A stretch of 25,202 nt of DNA from a virus. Taxonomy: Duplodnaviria > Caudoviricetes. Each line of letters begins with the position of its first letter. The first letter of the stretch is position 1. Made by a program: the position numbers and the translations under genes. Positions 1-7,084 of this stretch are shown here, piece after piece. The stretch is taken from positions 1-25,202 of IMG/VR virus record IMGVR_UViG_3300012200_000017; one strand, given 5' to 3'. Below the pieces are notes generated by a model that was given only the letters and a program-made list of their open reading frames with translations, had not been told where the DNA came from and searched no databases.

Positions 1-2
1 AG

Positions 3-938
3 ACTCCGGAAGAATACGTGGCCGCGATGCTCCAGGTATTTCGAGAAGTGTGGCGCGTACTCCGGGACGACGGCACGCTCTGGCTAAACATGGGAGACAG
101 CTACTGTTCTGGGACAGGAACTGAACGCACGCGCGAGACGATGGAGACCGGAACGGAATGCGGGCTTCCGAGAAATTGGTTCGCCGGCGCGAACAAAATC
201 CACCGGAACGGAAAGCCTCCTGGCTGGAAGGAGAAAGACCTGGTGCCGACATCCTGGATGCTGGCGCTGGCGCTGAGGGCCGACGGTTGGTATCTCCGTA
301 GCGACATCATTTGGAGCAAGGGGAATCCCATGCCGGAGACGGTCGAGGACCGGCCAACGAAGGCCCACGAGTACATTTTCCTGCTGAGTAAGAAAAAGAA
401 GTACTACTACAACGCCGAGGCGATCAAGGAAGAGGTCACCGGCGAAGCGCACAGCCGCGGGACAGGCGTGAATCCGAAAGCACAGCCAATTCCCGCAGGT
501 TGGGATACTTCGACGGGCAGCGGCGGCCACGGCAATATCCACAAGGAAGGCAGAAGAAATCAGCGGAATGGCGCCTCCCGTTACAACTCTCCCACGTCTC
601 TAGGACAGGGACGGGTAAAGCAGAACCAGAGTTATTCAGCCGCTGTGAGCGGGCTCCTGCCGATCGGCAGCAAGCGCAACAAGCGAACCATCTGGGAAGT
701 GAGTCCGCAGGCCTTCGAGGGGGCCCACTTCGCCACCTTCCCAGAAGAACTCATCAAGCCCTGCATCCTGGCCGGCTGTCCAGAGGGAGGAATCGTCTTA
801 GACCCTTTTGTGGGGAGTGGTACGACCGAGCTGGTAGCGAGGAACCTGCAATGCCACGCCATCGGACTAGAACTAAACGCCGAGTACATCGAAATCGCAA
901 AAAGGCGTCTCGCGCAAAGCGTGATGACTTTCCAGTGA
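3..938 (+). CDS. Site-specific DNA methyltransferase (N4-C/N6-A, beta class), 5'-truncated by the window edge
   Basis: The frame is open to the window start (TPEEYVAAML...). Motifs: FREVWRVLRDDGTLWLNMGDSY, DIIWSKGNPMPE, HEYIFLLSK, HFATFPEEL and motif I VLDPFVGSGTT. The catalytic PPY motif would lie upstream of the window. Confidence 0.93.
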   Translation, partial: TPEEYVAAMLQVFREVWRVLRDDGTLWLNMGDSYCSGTGTERTRETMETGTECGLPRNWFAGANKIHRNGKPPGWKEKDLVPTSWMLALALRADGWYLRSDIIWSKGNPMPETVEDRPTKAHEYIFLLSKKKKYYYNAEAIKEEVTGEAHSRGTGVNPKAQPIPAGWDTSTGSGGHGNIHKEGRRNQRNGASRYNSPTSLGQGRVKQNQSYSAAVSGLLPIGSKRNKRTIWEVSPQAFEGAHFATFPEELIKPCILAGCPEGGIVLDPFVGSGTTELVARNLQCHAIGLELNAEYIEIAKRRLAQSVMTFQ

Positions 939-1651
939 GCGCTCTGTTCACCCCGCAGAGGCTCATCTACGACCGCCAGATAGCGCGGGAGAACGAGACG
1001 ATGAACCGCATCCGGCAGGGAGCGCAGGGGAAGGACGGTCAGTGGATCCCCGGGCCACTCTGGTGGCTCTGGCACTGCACCGAGACCTTCGACAACCATT
1101 GGCTGGAGAAGGGCTTCTCCGGACCTCACAGGCCGTTTCCGGTCCTTCCGTACTTCAAATGGCTGTTCGCGCGGATGCTCACCAGGCAGATTATGTTTTT
1201 CCCGAAGAGCCGGGAGATGATGCTGTCCTGGTGCGCGATCGGCTATTGCACCTGGTTCTGCCAACTCTTCCCCTCCACGCTGGTCCTGGTGCAATCCCAG
1301 AAGCTTGAGAAGGCCTCAGAACTGGTCAAGGGCAAGGAACCGCCTGGGTACGCCTACGCGCTGTACGACCGGCAGCACGCATGGCTCAAGGAGCGGTTTC
1401 CCCTGGCCATGAGGCCGGAAGACCTGCCGGCAGACAAGCTGGTCTGGGCGAACGGGTCAGCCATTCAGGCGATCGGGCGCGGCGCTGACCAGGTGAGGCT
1501 CTACCATCCCACCATTTACGTGATTGACGAGGCGGCCTTCATGGAGGAAGCTTCTGCGAGTTTTGGCGCGGCGACGCCGGTGGCAAAGCAGATTTTGGTG
1601 GTGTCGTCGGCGGGGCCGGGCTGGTTCGGCGATACGTGCTCGGAGGAGTGA
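935..1651 (+). CDS. Terminase large subunit, N-terminal ATPase half as a stand-alone gene
   Basis: The GTG start overlaps the MTase stop (GTGA). Walker A-like PKSREMMLSW, NGSAIQA, Walker B IYVIDEAAF and coupling motif VVSSA are present. The ORF stops about 12 aa after motif III and has no nuclease domain. Confidence 0.88.
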   Translation: MSALFTPQRLIYDRQIARENETMNRIRQGAQGKDGQWIPGPLWWLWHCTETFDNHWLEKGFSGPHRPFPVLPYFKWLFARMLTRQIMFFPKSREMMLSWCAIGYCTWFCQLFPSTLVLVQSQKLEKASELVKGKEPPGYAYALYDRQHAWLKERFPLAMRPEDLPADKLVWANGSAIQAIGRGADQVRLYHPTIYVIDEAAFMEEASASFGAATPVAKQILVVSSAGPGWFGDTCSEE

Positions 1652-1654
1652 AGA

Positions 1655-1876
1655 GTGCTCCGCTATGAAGGCAAGCTGAAGCGTTCCTTCGACCGCTGGC
1701 TTAGAGATCGGCTACTGGAGTTGACGCCGTATTACATGCGAAGGCTTCCTTTTGACCAGGCTTTCAATGCGGCCTATCGCCGGGTAGGAAGAGAATTGGG
1801 ACTTTCACGCATAGAGATTGTCAGAGGGTTGGTGTGGTTTACAGAGGCCAGACTCAAGTTAGCTCGGAGGAAGTGA
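1655..1876 (+). CDS. Hypothetical basic protein (73 aa)
   Basis: GTG start after GGAGGAG. The stop overlaps the next ATG (TGATG). Confidence 0.6.
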   Translation: MLRYEGKLKRSFDRWLRDRLLELTPYYMRRLPFDQAFNAAYRRVGRELGLSRIEIVRGLVWFTEARLKLARRK

Positions 1877-2235
1877 TGGGTCTCTATGAGTTCAAAGACC
1901 GGTTCGTCCCGTTCATAAAGGCGGGCACGAAGAAACACACGATACGCGCGAAGCGCAAGAAGCACCGAGACAAACCAGGAGACATCTGCCACCTGTACCA
2001 TGGGCTTCGCACGAAGAGAGCGAAACTGATTATGCGGGCGCCGTGCGTGAGGGTGGAGGACATCGTAATCACTCCTGGAGGTATGGTTCGGGTTGCCGGC
2101 CAGTGGCTCGCAGATGACGAGCGCGAAGCCCTTGCACGCAAGGATGGGTTTCCAGACTTCGCTTCGATGATTCAGTTCTGGCGGACGCCTAAGAACCGTC
2201 TGCCCTTCCACGGCGATATCATCCATTGGAAGTGA
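1876..2235 (+). CDS. ASCH/PUA-like domain protein
   Basis: The GxKxxTxR motif (AGTKKHTIR), KPGD and ALARKDGF are typical of phage ASCH proteins. The ATG is coupled to the upstream stop. Confidence 0.8.
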   Translation: MGLYEFKDRFVPFIKAGTKKHTIRAKRKKHRDKPGDICHLYHGLRTKRAKLIMRAPCVRVEDIVITPGGMVRVAGQWLADDEREALARKDGFPDFASMIQFWRTPKNRLPFHGDIIHWK

Positions 2236-2481
2236 CTACGAAGCTTTCGCTGCTTGCGCTCTTGGAGGAGGAAGAGGTTTCAGTGTACCGAGTTCGAGCA
2301 TTTTCTTTCGAAGTGTTCGGCAGGTCTCGATGCGCACCGCTACCGTCCAGCCACGATCAGCCATCACGTGGTTGTGTGCCCCCAGGAGGATATTCCATCG
2401 CTCCAATGGGAACCGCCTTAAGTTGTTGCGCTATCCCAACATCGATTGGTTCAACGCTACGCTCATTATTGGGGTGTGGCA

Positions 2482-2694
2482 ATGGGACGTGGCGAAGTGA
2501 AGACTAGGTGCCGAGTCTGCGGTAAGCCGTTCGCTTCTAAGCTCGAGGAGTCTGCTCTGAAGAAAATAGCTGGAACCGGACGAGCCGAACTACTTTGGAA
2601 CAAGCGCTGCCGTTGTACGGAGCGCGTGCTTTCGGTGTTTACTTCTGGTCCGCTGCCTCCGGACTTACAGTGGTACGACAAGTTCATGCGGTGA
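2482..2694 (+). CDS. Small Cys-containing hypothetical protein, possible zinc finger
   Basis: CRVCGKPF ... CRC. ATG at 2482 after GGGGTG. Confidence 0.5.
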   Translation: MGRGEVKTRCRVCGKPFASKLEESALKKIAGTGRAELLWNKRCRCTERVLSVFTSGPLPPDLQWYDKFMR

Positions 2695-2709
2695 TAGGAT
2701 TCGCGACTA

Positions 2710-3006
2710 GTGGCTGACGCCAGCAGTTTCTTTGCAATCCGAGTAATTCACGCGGACTCAACGTCCTGGAGTCCGATTACCTGCCCCATCTATTGCAACA
2801 CCTTCAGCATCCGTCCAGAAGTGGCAGTCAAAATCCGTACAGACCAAGGGGACGCTTCGACGGAAGACGTTATCGCAGATGGAGTGCAAATCAGTTTTCA
2901 AGTCCCTCACGCCTACCCAGGAAACAGGTTCGGCCCGGGGCAAACTATCGCTTACGTCCAGTCAGTTGGCAGCAGCACAGATGTCCACGTGCAATTCGCA
3001 AGATGA
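2710..3006 (+). CDS. Hypothetical beta-rich protein, possibly a small virion protein
   Basis: 98-aa ORF with a beta-strand pattern. It directly precedes two fibre-like genes and has no signal peptide. Confidence 0.6.
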   Translation: MADASSFFAIRVIHADSTSWSPITCPIYCNTFSIRPEVAVKIRTDQGDASTEDVIADGVQISFQVPHAYPGNRFGPGQTIAYVQSVGSSTDVHVQFAR

Positions 3007-3016
3007 GGAGAACTCT

Positions 3017-3778
3017 ATGAACCGTTATCCGAAAACCGGGGCCAGCTACACTTACGGAAGACCTCCGCGGCGCGATCTATCTTTCCCTAGGTGGCTGGGC
3101 ATTGCCTTCGTGCTGACGGTGGCAGGCTTGGTGTTCTCGTATCCCCTGCGGCCCCAGCAGCAGCAGTCCGGGGGCGCCGGCAGCAGCGTGTCGATCAACG
3201 CAGCTCTACCGACGGGCACCAACGTCATCGGCAAGGTTGGTATCGACCAGACAACTCCTGGAACCACCAACCTCGTGTCGATCGGTTCGACTGGTACAGT
3301 GGGGTTGCTGGCAGGGTCGGCGGTCGTCGGGCACGTCATCAACGATGCGAGTAGCGCGGTCATCGGGCACGTGATAGCGGACTCTGGCTCGACTACTGCG
3401 GTGACGACCCTGCCGGCGCTTGTCGGCGGGACCGCCAACGTCGGCTATACCCGGTCTCTCCCATCTTCCTGTACCCAGTCCACCAATTTCACGAGTAGCA
3501 CGGTTGGCGTGGCCACCGGAGCCGGTACCTCCGTGACGTCGACGACCACCTGCGTGACCCTGGTCTACGTCAACAACATCACCAACTCCGCGGTCACCTT
3601 CCGCCTCCAGGACAAGACTGGGACGCCGATCATCTGGGTGGGCGGCAACGCGGACTTCTCCATCCCTGCAAATTCCAACGTGACTTTTCCCCTCGGTGGG
3701 GTTAGCTTTGCCAGCGGCATTACGGCGATTGCGGGGACCGCATCAGCACTGAATCTCCAGGTCTCCGGAGTGCAGTGA
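3017..3778 (+). CDS. Signal-peptide/anchor-bearing Gly/Ser/Thr-rich fibre- or decoration-like protein
   Basis: RBS GAGGAG precedes ATG 3017. It has a basic n-region, hydrophobic WLGIAFVLTVAGLVF, then PLRP-QQQQ, LPxGTNxIGxV-type repeats and a C-terminal beta-sandwich-like region. Confidence 0.7.
   Translation: MNRYPKTGASYTYGRPPRRDLSFPRWLGIAFVLTVAGLVFSYPLRPQQQQSGGAGSSVSINAALPTGTNVIGKVGIDQTTPGTTNLVSIGSTGTVGLLAGSAVVGHVINDASSAVIGHVIADSGSTTAVTTLPALVGGTANVGYTRSLPSSCTQSTNFTSSTVGVATGAGTSVTSTTTCVTLVYVNNITNSAVTFRLQDKTGTPIIWVGGNADFSIPANSNVTFPLGGVSFASGITAIAGTASALNLQVSGVQ
3320..3376 (+). repeat. Short intragenic tandem duplication encoding SAVVGHVI / SAVIGHVI
   Basis: gcggtcgtcgggcacgtcat and gcggtcatcgggcacgtgat lie 36 nt apart. 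Confidence 0.6.
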
Positions 3779-3785
3779 TCGGACA

Positions 3786-4235
3786 ATGGTGGTTAAAACT
3801 TTACACCCTGCGAAAATCTTAACCCCCCTGTTAATTCTTCTGTGCCTAAGTCTGTCAGCCGACGGGCAGCAGCAACTCTCCGCACCGATTACCAAGTTCA
3901 GTTGCTTCGTTCAGGCAGTCACGGTCACCACGCAATGCCAGGCCGCGCCAGCCGCTGGCCTTCGCGCCTACGTTACAGACTTCGCATTCTCTAACCAGGT
4001 TGCTACCGTCCAAACTCTGGACATCGTATTCGGGACTGGAACCAACTGCGCGACAGGGACAACCGCACTCACTCACAAGTTCCAGATGGGGACTGTTGCT
4101 ACAACCACCAGTCCTCAGTCGATCGTGGCGGACCTGAACTCGCCATTGATTCCCACGGCCGCTAACGCCATCTGTGTACGTCCTAGCGCGGCCACGGCCT
4201 TCGGTGCGACCCTAACGGGATATACTGCTCCCTAG
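3786..4235 (+). CDS. Secreted small beta-sandwich-like protein (signal peptide, 4 Cys in the mature part)
   Basis: Signal peptide KILTPLLILLCLSLSADG-QQQL followed by a Thr/Ala-rich mature region. Confidence 0.7.
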   Translation: MVVKTLHPAKILTPLLILLCLSLSADGQQQLSAPITKFSCFVQAVTVTTQCQAAPAAGLRAYVTDFAFSNQVATVQTLDIVFGTGTNCATGTTALTHKFQMGTVATTTSPQSIVADLNSPLIPTAANAICVRPSAATAFGATLTGYTAP

Positions 4236-4242
4236 AGGACCA

Positions 4243-4578
4243 ATGCCAGTACTGACTCATAAGCCTGGAGTTCTCTTCACAGAAATCTCTGCTGCTGGTT
4301 TCCAGATCATCAGCGCTCTTTGCAGAGCTGCGGTCATCATCGGGGAGGACATGGAAATCACTTCCGCCTGTGATGGCGAGCACTCTGGGCCGGAAGATCC
4401 CCACCACCTGGGAAAGGCTTACGACGTGAGGACACACGGTCTACGCGACAAACACCTGGCGCTGGCAACCATTAAGTCGCTGATCGACTACAACAAGTTT
4501 TTCGCGTGGATTGAGGACGAGGACACGCCGAACGAGCACATTCACATCCAACTTCGGCATGGAATGGTCTATCCGTGA
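4243..4578 (+). CDS. Peptidase M15 / Hedgehog-DD-peptidase-fold zinc peptidase, endolysin candidate
   Basis: ITS motif, H-x6-D (HHLGKAYD) and HxH (EHIHIQ). RBS GAGG. Confidence 0.8.
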   Translation: MPVLTHKPGVLFTEISAAGFQIISALCRAAVIIGEDMEITSACDGEHSGPEDPHHLGKAYDVRTHGLRDKHLALATIKSLIDYNKFFAWIEDEDTPNEHIHIQLRHGMVYP

Positions 4579-4919
4579 CGCCGATTCCGAGCCAGGCTCT
4601 GGTAGACACGCTCAACCTGTTCAAGCGGGACTGGGACTCGGACGTTTGTCCGGTTTGCAGGAAGTGTAAATGGGGAAACTCGCCGTTCTGCCGATCGTGC
4701 TCGATCAAGATACAACGCATCAGGATGATGCGAGGTTTCCAAACTTGGATAGGGTTCCCACTTTCACACAACTTCAACTTTTTCAAGAGGCAGGAGCGGA
4801 ATGGCTATAAGAAAGCTGTGTATGCTTGGCTGACATGGTACGACCGCTGCCGAGACTACCTAGGGACGAGGCGTCGCTTTGGAATTCAAACTTTTCGGGA
4901 CTCCGCAGTTCCACGATGA
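4575..4919 (+). CDS. Zinc-finger hypothetical protein
   Basis: CPVC...CRSC. GTGA overlap with the upstream stop. Confidence 0.6.
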   Translation: MTPIPSQALVDTLNLFKRDWDSDVCPVCRKCKWGNSPFCRSCSIKIQRIRMMRGFQTWIGFPLSHNFNFFKRQERNGYKKAVYAWLTWYDRCRDYLGTRRRFGIQTFRDSAVPR

Positions 4920-5493
4920 AGCATGGTACGAGAACCGCGAGGCCGCGGACCACATCCACGAGCCCCTCCACCGGATACGCCTACTCGAATCCCTCAAGCT
5001 CATCTACCACATCATCGAACGGGAAGACCTCGAGCTGACAACCCTAGCCGACTGGGGCGCCGGCAACGGTGGGCTCCTCTCCGAGTTCGGCAGAAACTCC
5101 CACAACATGAAGTTCTGGGGTTACGATCTTTGCCCGAAGAACGTGGCTTACGGCAACGAGCACTACCACGTGGACCTGAAGTTGATGAACATAGTCGAAG
5201 GAGACCCGATTCCCGCGGACATCGTTGTGCTGACGGAGTTGCTCGAGCACCTGCTCAGTCCTCACGACTTACTCGACAGGCTTTTACATCCGGAGCCACA
5301 AACCAGGTGGATTGTTGCCAGCACGCCAGGCTTTGAGGACTTCCAAAACCATTACGAGTATCACCTGTGGGCCTGGACGGGCGAGAGTTTCGCGCAGATG
5401 TTCACTCGCGCCGGCTGGATCGTGAAGCGCCACTTCATCCGCGCTGAGGCCGGCACGCAATTCGTTGTAGCCATGAATCCGGAGCTGCTATGA
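4879..5493 (+). CDS. Class I SAM-dependent methyltransferase (small-molecule/sugar type)
   Basis: Motif I ADWGAGNGGLL, GYDL, DIVVLTELLEHL and ASTP. TTG start after GAGG. Confidence 0.85.
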   Translation: MEFKLFGTPQFHDEAWYENREAADHIHEPLHRIRLLESLKLIYHIIEREDLELTTLADWGAGNGGLLSEFGRNSHNMKFWGYDLCPKNVAYGNEHYHVDLKLMNIVEGDPIPADIVVLTELLEHLLSPHDLLDRLLHPEPQTRWIVASTPGFEDFQNHYEYHLWAWTGESFAQMFTRAGWIVKRHFIRAEAGTQFVVAMNPELL

Positions 5494-5861
5494 CCAAGAA
5501 AAAGAAAAAAGTTCGGCCCGCCACGCGGTCAACACGGAATGTCTCTGGCGTAGAAGTCCGAGCCCTTGCCCACGCAGCCATCGAGGATTGCCACGCTGGT
5601 TATATCTTCACTGCGACTCTCGACAACGTTCTTGTGGAGCACAGTCCTGTTGGCGTAAACGTGCACATCGAGGAAATTGGATTTCCGGGGCAAGCCTGGG
5701 TTTACGACACAATCCTGTTGAGAGCGTTCCAGGATGTCAGGATGAAGATTCGAGAGAAATTGGCCTGCGGGGCCTACGGCGCACAGACTGAATTGGTGCG
5801 AAGGATGATTGGAGAACCGGAACTGGCAGCACAGCAACAGCCCTCCCAAAGCGTCAACTGA
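5490..5861 (+). CDS. Hypothetical protein with a Lys-rich N-terminus
   Basis: ATGA overlap upstream, TGATG overlap downstream, RBS GGAG. Confidence 0.65.
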   Translation: MTKKKKKVRPATRSTRNVSGVEVRALAHAAIEDCHAGYIFTATLDNVLVEHSPVGVNVHIEEIGFPGQAWVYDTILLRAFQDVRMKIREKLACGAYGAQTELVRRMIGEPELAAQQQPSQSVN

Positions 5862-5959
5862 TGGAACAGCTCCTAGTTTCGGTAGGTTCGGTGGTACTCG
5901 CTGTCCTGGTGGTGGTTGCTGTACGTTTCGTATTTAGGAAGCGCAAAGACGATGAATGA
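5861..5959 (+). CDS. Small single-TM protein (32 aa), not in the ORF track
   Basis: Manual translation: MEQLLVSVGSVVLAVLVVVAVRFVFRKRKDDE. The ATG is coupled to the upstream TGA. Confidence 0.6.
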   Translation: MEQLLVSVGSVVLAVLVVVAVRFVFRKRKDDE

Positions 5960-6092
5960 CCAACTCTGGGCGCTGACCTTCTCCATCATGCTGGCAATCT
6001 GTGTGCTGGCTAAAGCGATCTTCTGGCTGCTCTGCCGTTTCAAAGTCCTGCGGGAATTCTTTGCCAGGGTAGATGCGTGGCTAGACAAATAA
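5952..6092 (+). CDS. Small single-TM protein (46 aa), not in the ORF track
   Basis: Manual translation: MNDQLWALTFSIMLAICVLAKAIFWLLCRFKVLREFFARVDAWLDK. It overlaps both neighbours. Confidence 0.55.
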   Translation: MNDQLWALTFSIMLAICVLAKAIFWLLCRFKVLREFFARVDAWLDK

Positions 6093-7081
6093 CGCTCAAA
6101 GAAGTTCGGCAGCCGCTTGGTGAAGAGCCCGAGACTCCAAAAGGGTGCGAACAATGGATCGAGGAGCACGGTTACGACATTTTCAAGGTGCACTGGTCGG
6201 CGGACCCTTCGAAGACGACGGCATGGGCGGAAGCACAGAAGAAGAAGAGTCCTTCCGAGAACACCTACCGGAGAGAGTTCGAGATAGACCATTACGCTGG
6301 ATCTGGCGCGGCGATGTATCCGGAGTTCTTGAAAGCTCTCCACGTCTGCAAACCATTCCCCATCCCGCACGAGTGGACTCGCTACATGGCGATCGACCCG
6401 CACAAGCGCCGGCCTCACGCCTTCCTGTGGATGGCAGTGTCTCCAGACGGAGACCATTGGTACTACCGCGAGTATTGGCCTTCGCGCATCTATGGCAAAA
6501 AGGGAGACACCCCGGAAGACGACCGCTTGTACAAAGTGGATGAGTACGTCGAGGCTATCAAGTTCATGGAAGGCCCCACGGTCAAGCATTTCTCCCCGGG
6601 TGGCTTTGCGGACAATGGTGGGAGGGAAGAGAAGATTCGCCTGCGCGTGATGGACACGCACGGCAAGGCCATCTTCACCACGACGACTGCCGGCAAGGAT
6701 GAGCCAGAAACCTTCTGGGACCGATATGAGAAGTTAGGAATCCGCTGCAAGGAGGCGATCAAAGACGTTGGCAGTGGACGAGATACCGTAGGGATGCGGT
6801 TACGACCGCGGCGGGTGATGCTGGCGAACGAGGAGAAGCAGGAAGCGGTCATCCACATCTTCGATACGCTTCCAGAACTAATTCACGAGATGCGAACGGT
6901 ACGCTGGCCGAGCCTCACGCCGGCGCAAGCTGAGAAGATGGACCCGGTGGACAAGGTGATGCAGAAGCGCTGCCACGAAACGGACTTGATTCGCTACATC
7001 GAAATGGAGGACCCTACCTATCTAGAACCAAACCAGAGAATTAAAAGTGTCAGACAGCTCGAAAGTGGGATAAGTTATTGA
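6077..7081 (+). CDS. Terminase large subunit, C-terminal half (lid plus RNase H-like nuclease) as a stand-alone gene
   Basis: KVHWSADP...YRREFEID...MYPEF...HVCKPFPIPHEWTRYMAIDP, YYREYW, VMDT and HETDLIRY match the TerL nuclease pattern. It lies directly upstream of the portal. Confidence 0.88.
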   Translation: MARQITLKEVRQPLGEEPETPKGCEQWIEEHGYDIFKVHWSADPSKTTAWAEAQKKKSPSENTYRREFEIDHYAGSGAAMYPEFLKALHVCKPFPIPHEWTRYMAIDPHKRRPHAFLWMAVSPDGDHWYYREYWPSRIYGKKGDTPEDDRLYKVDEYVEAIKFMEGPTVKHFSPGGFADNGGREEKIRLRVMDTHGKAIFTTTTAGKDEPETFWDRYEKLGIRCKEAIKDVGSGRDTVGMRLRPRRVMLANEEKQEAVIHIFDTLPELIHEMRTVRWPSLTPAQAEKMDPVDKVMQKRCHETDLIRYIEMEDPTYLEPNQRIKSVRQLESGISY

Positions 7082-7084
7082 GCC

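Noticed and set aside
500-934. Long N-terminal extension of the TerL ATPase ORF in the track
   Set aside because: It overlaps the methyltransferase gene out of frame. GTG 935 with a GTGA overlap is the more plausible start. The same reasoning applies to the track starts at 2879, 12056, 12501, 14091 and 19763.
2226-2481. Possible ORF on either strand, or an ncRNA, in the gap after the ASCH gene
   Set aside because: The + ORF (2226-2507) has atypical composition, and a ~42-aa minus-strand ORF (MADRGW...) lacks support. I recognised no convincing RNA structure, so it is left uncalled.
3062-3090. Twin-arginine (Tat) motif PRRDLSF in the 3017 protein
   Set aside because: It is a poor match to S/T-R-R-x-F-L-K, and the other exported proteins look Sec-type.
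1630-6150. Split intein or self-splicing intron joining the terminase halves
   Set aside because: The N-half ends CSEE with no IntN domain, and the C-half has no HN-C/S/T junction. The gap is filled with ordinary coupled genes and has no recognisable intron core or homing endonuclease.
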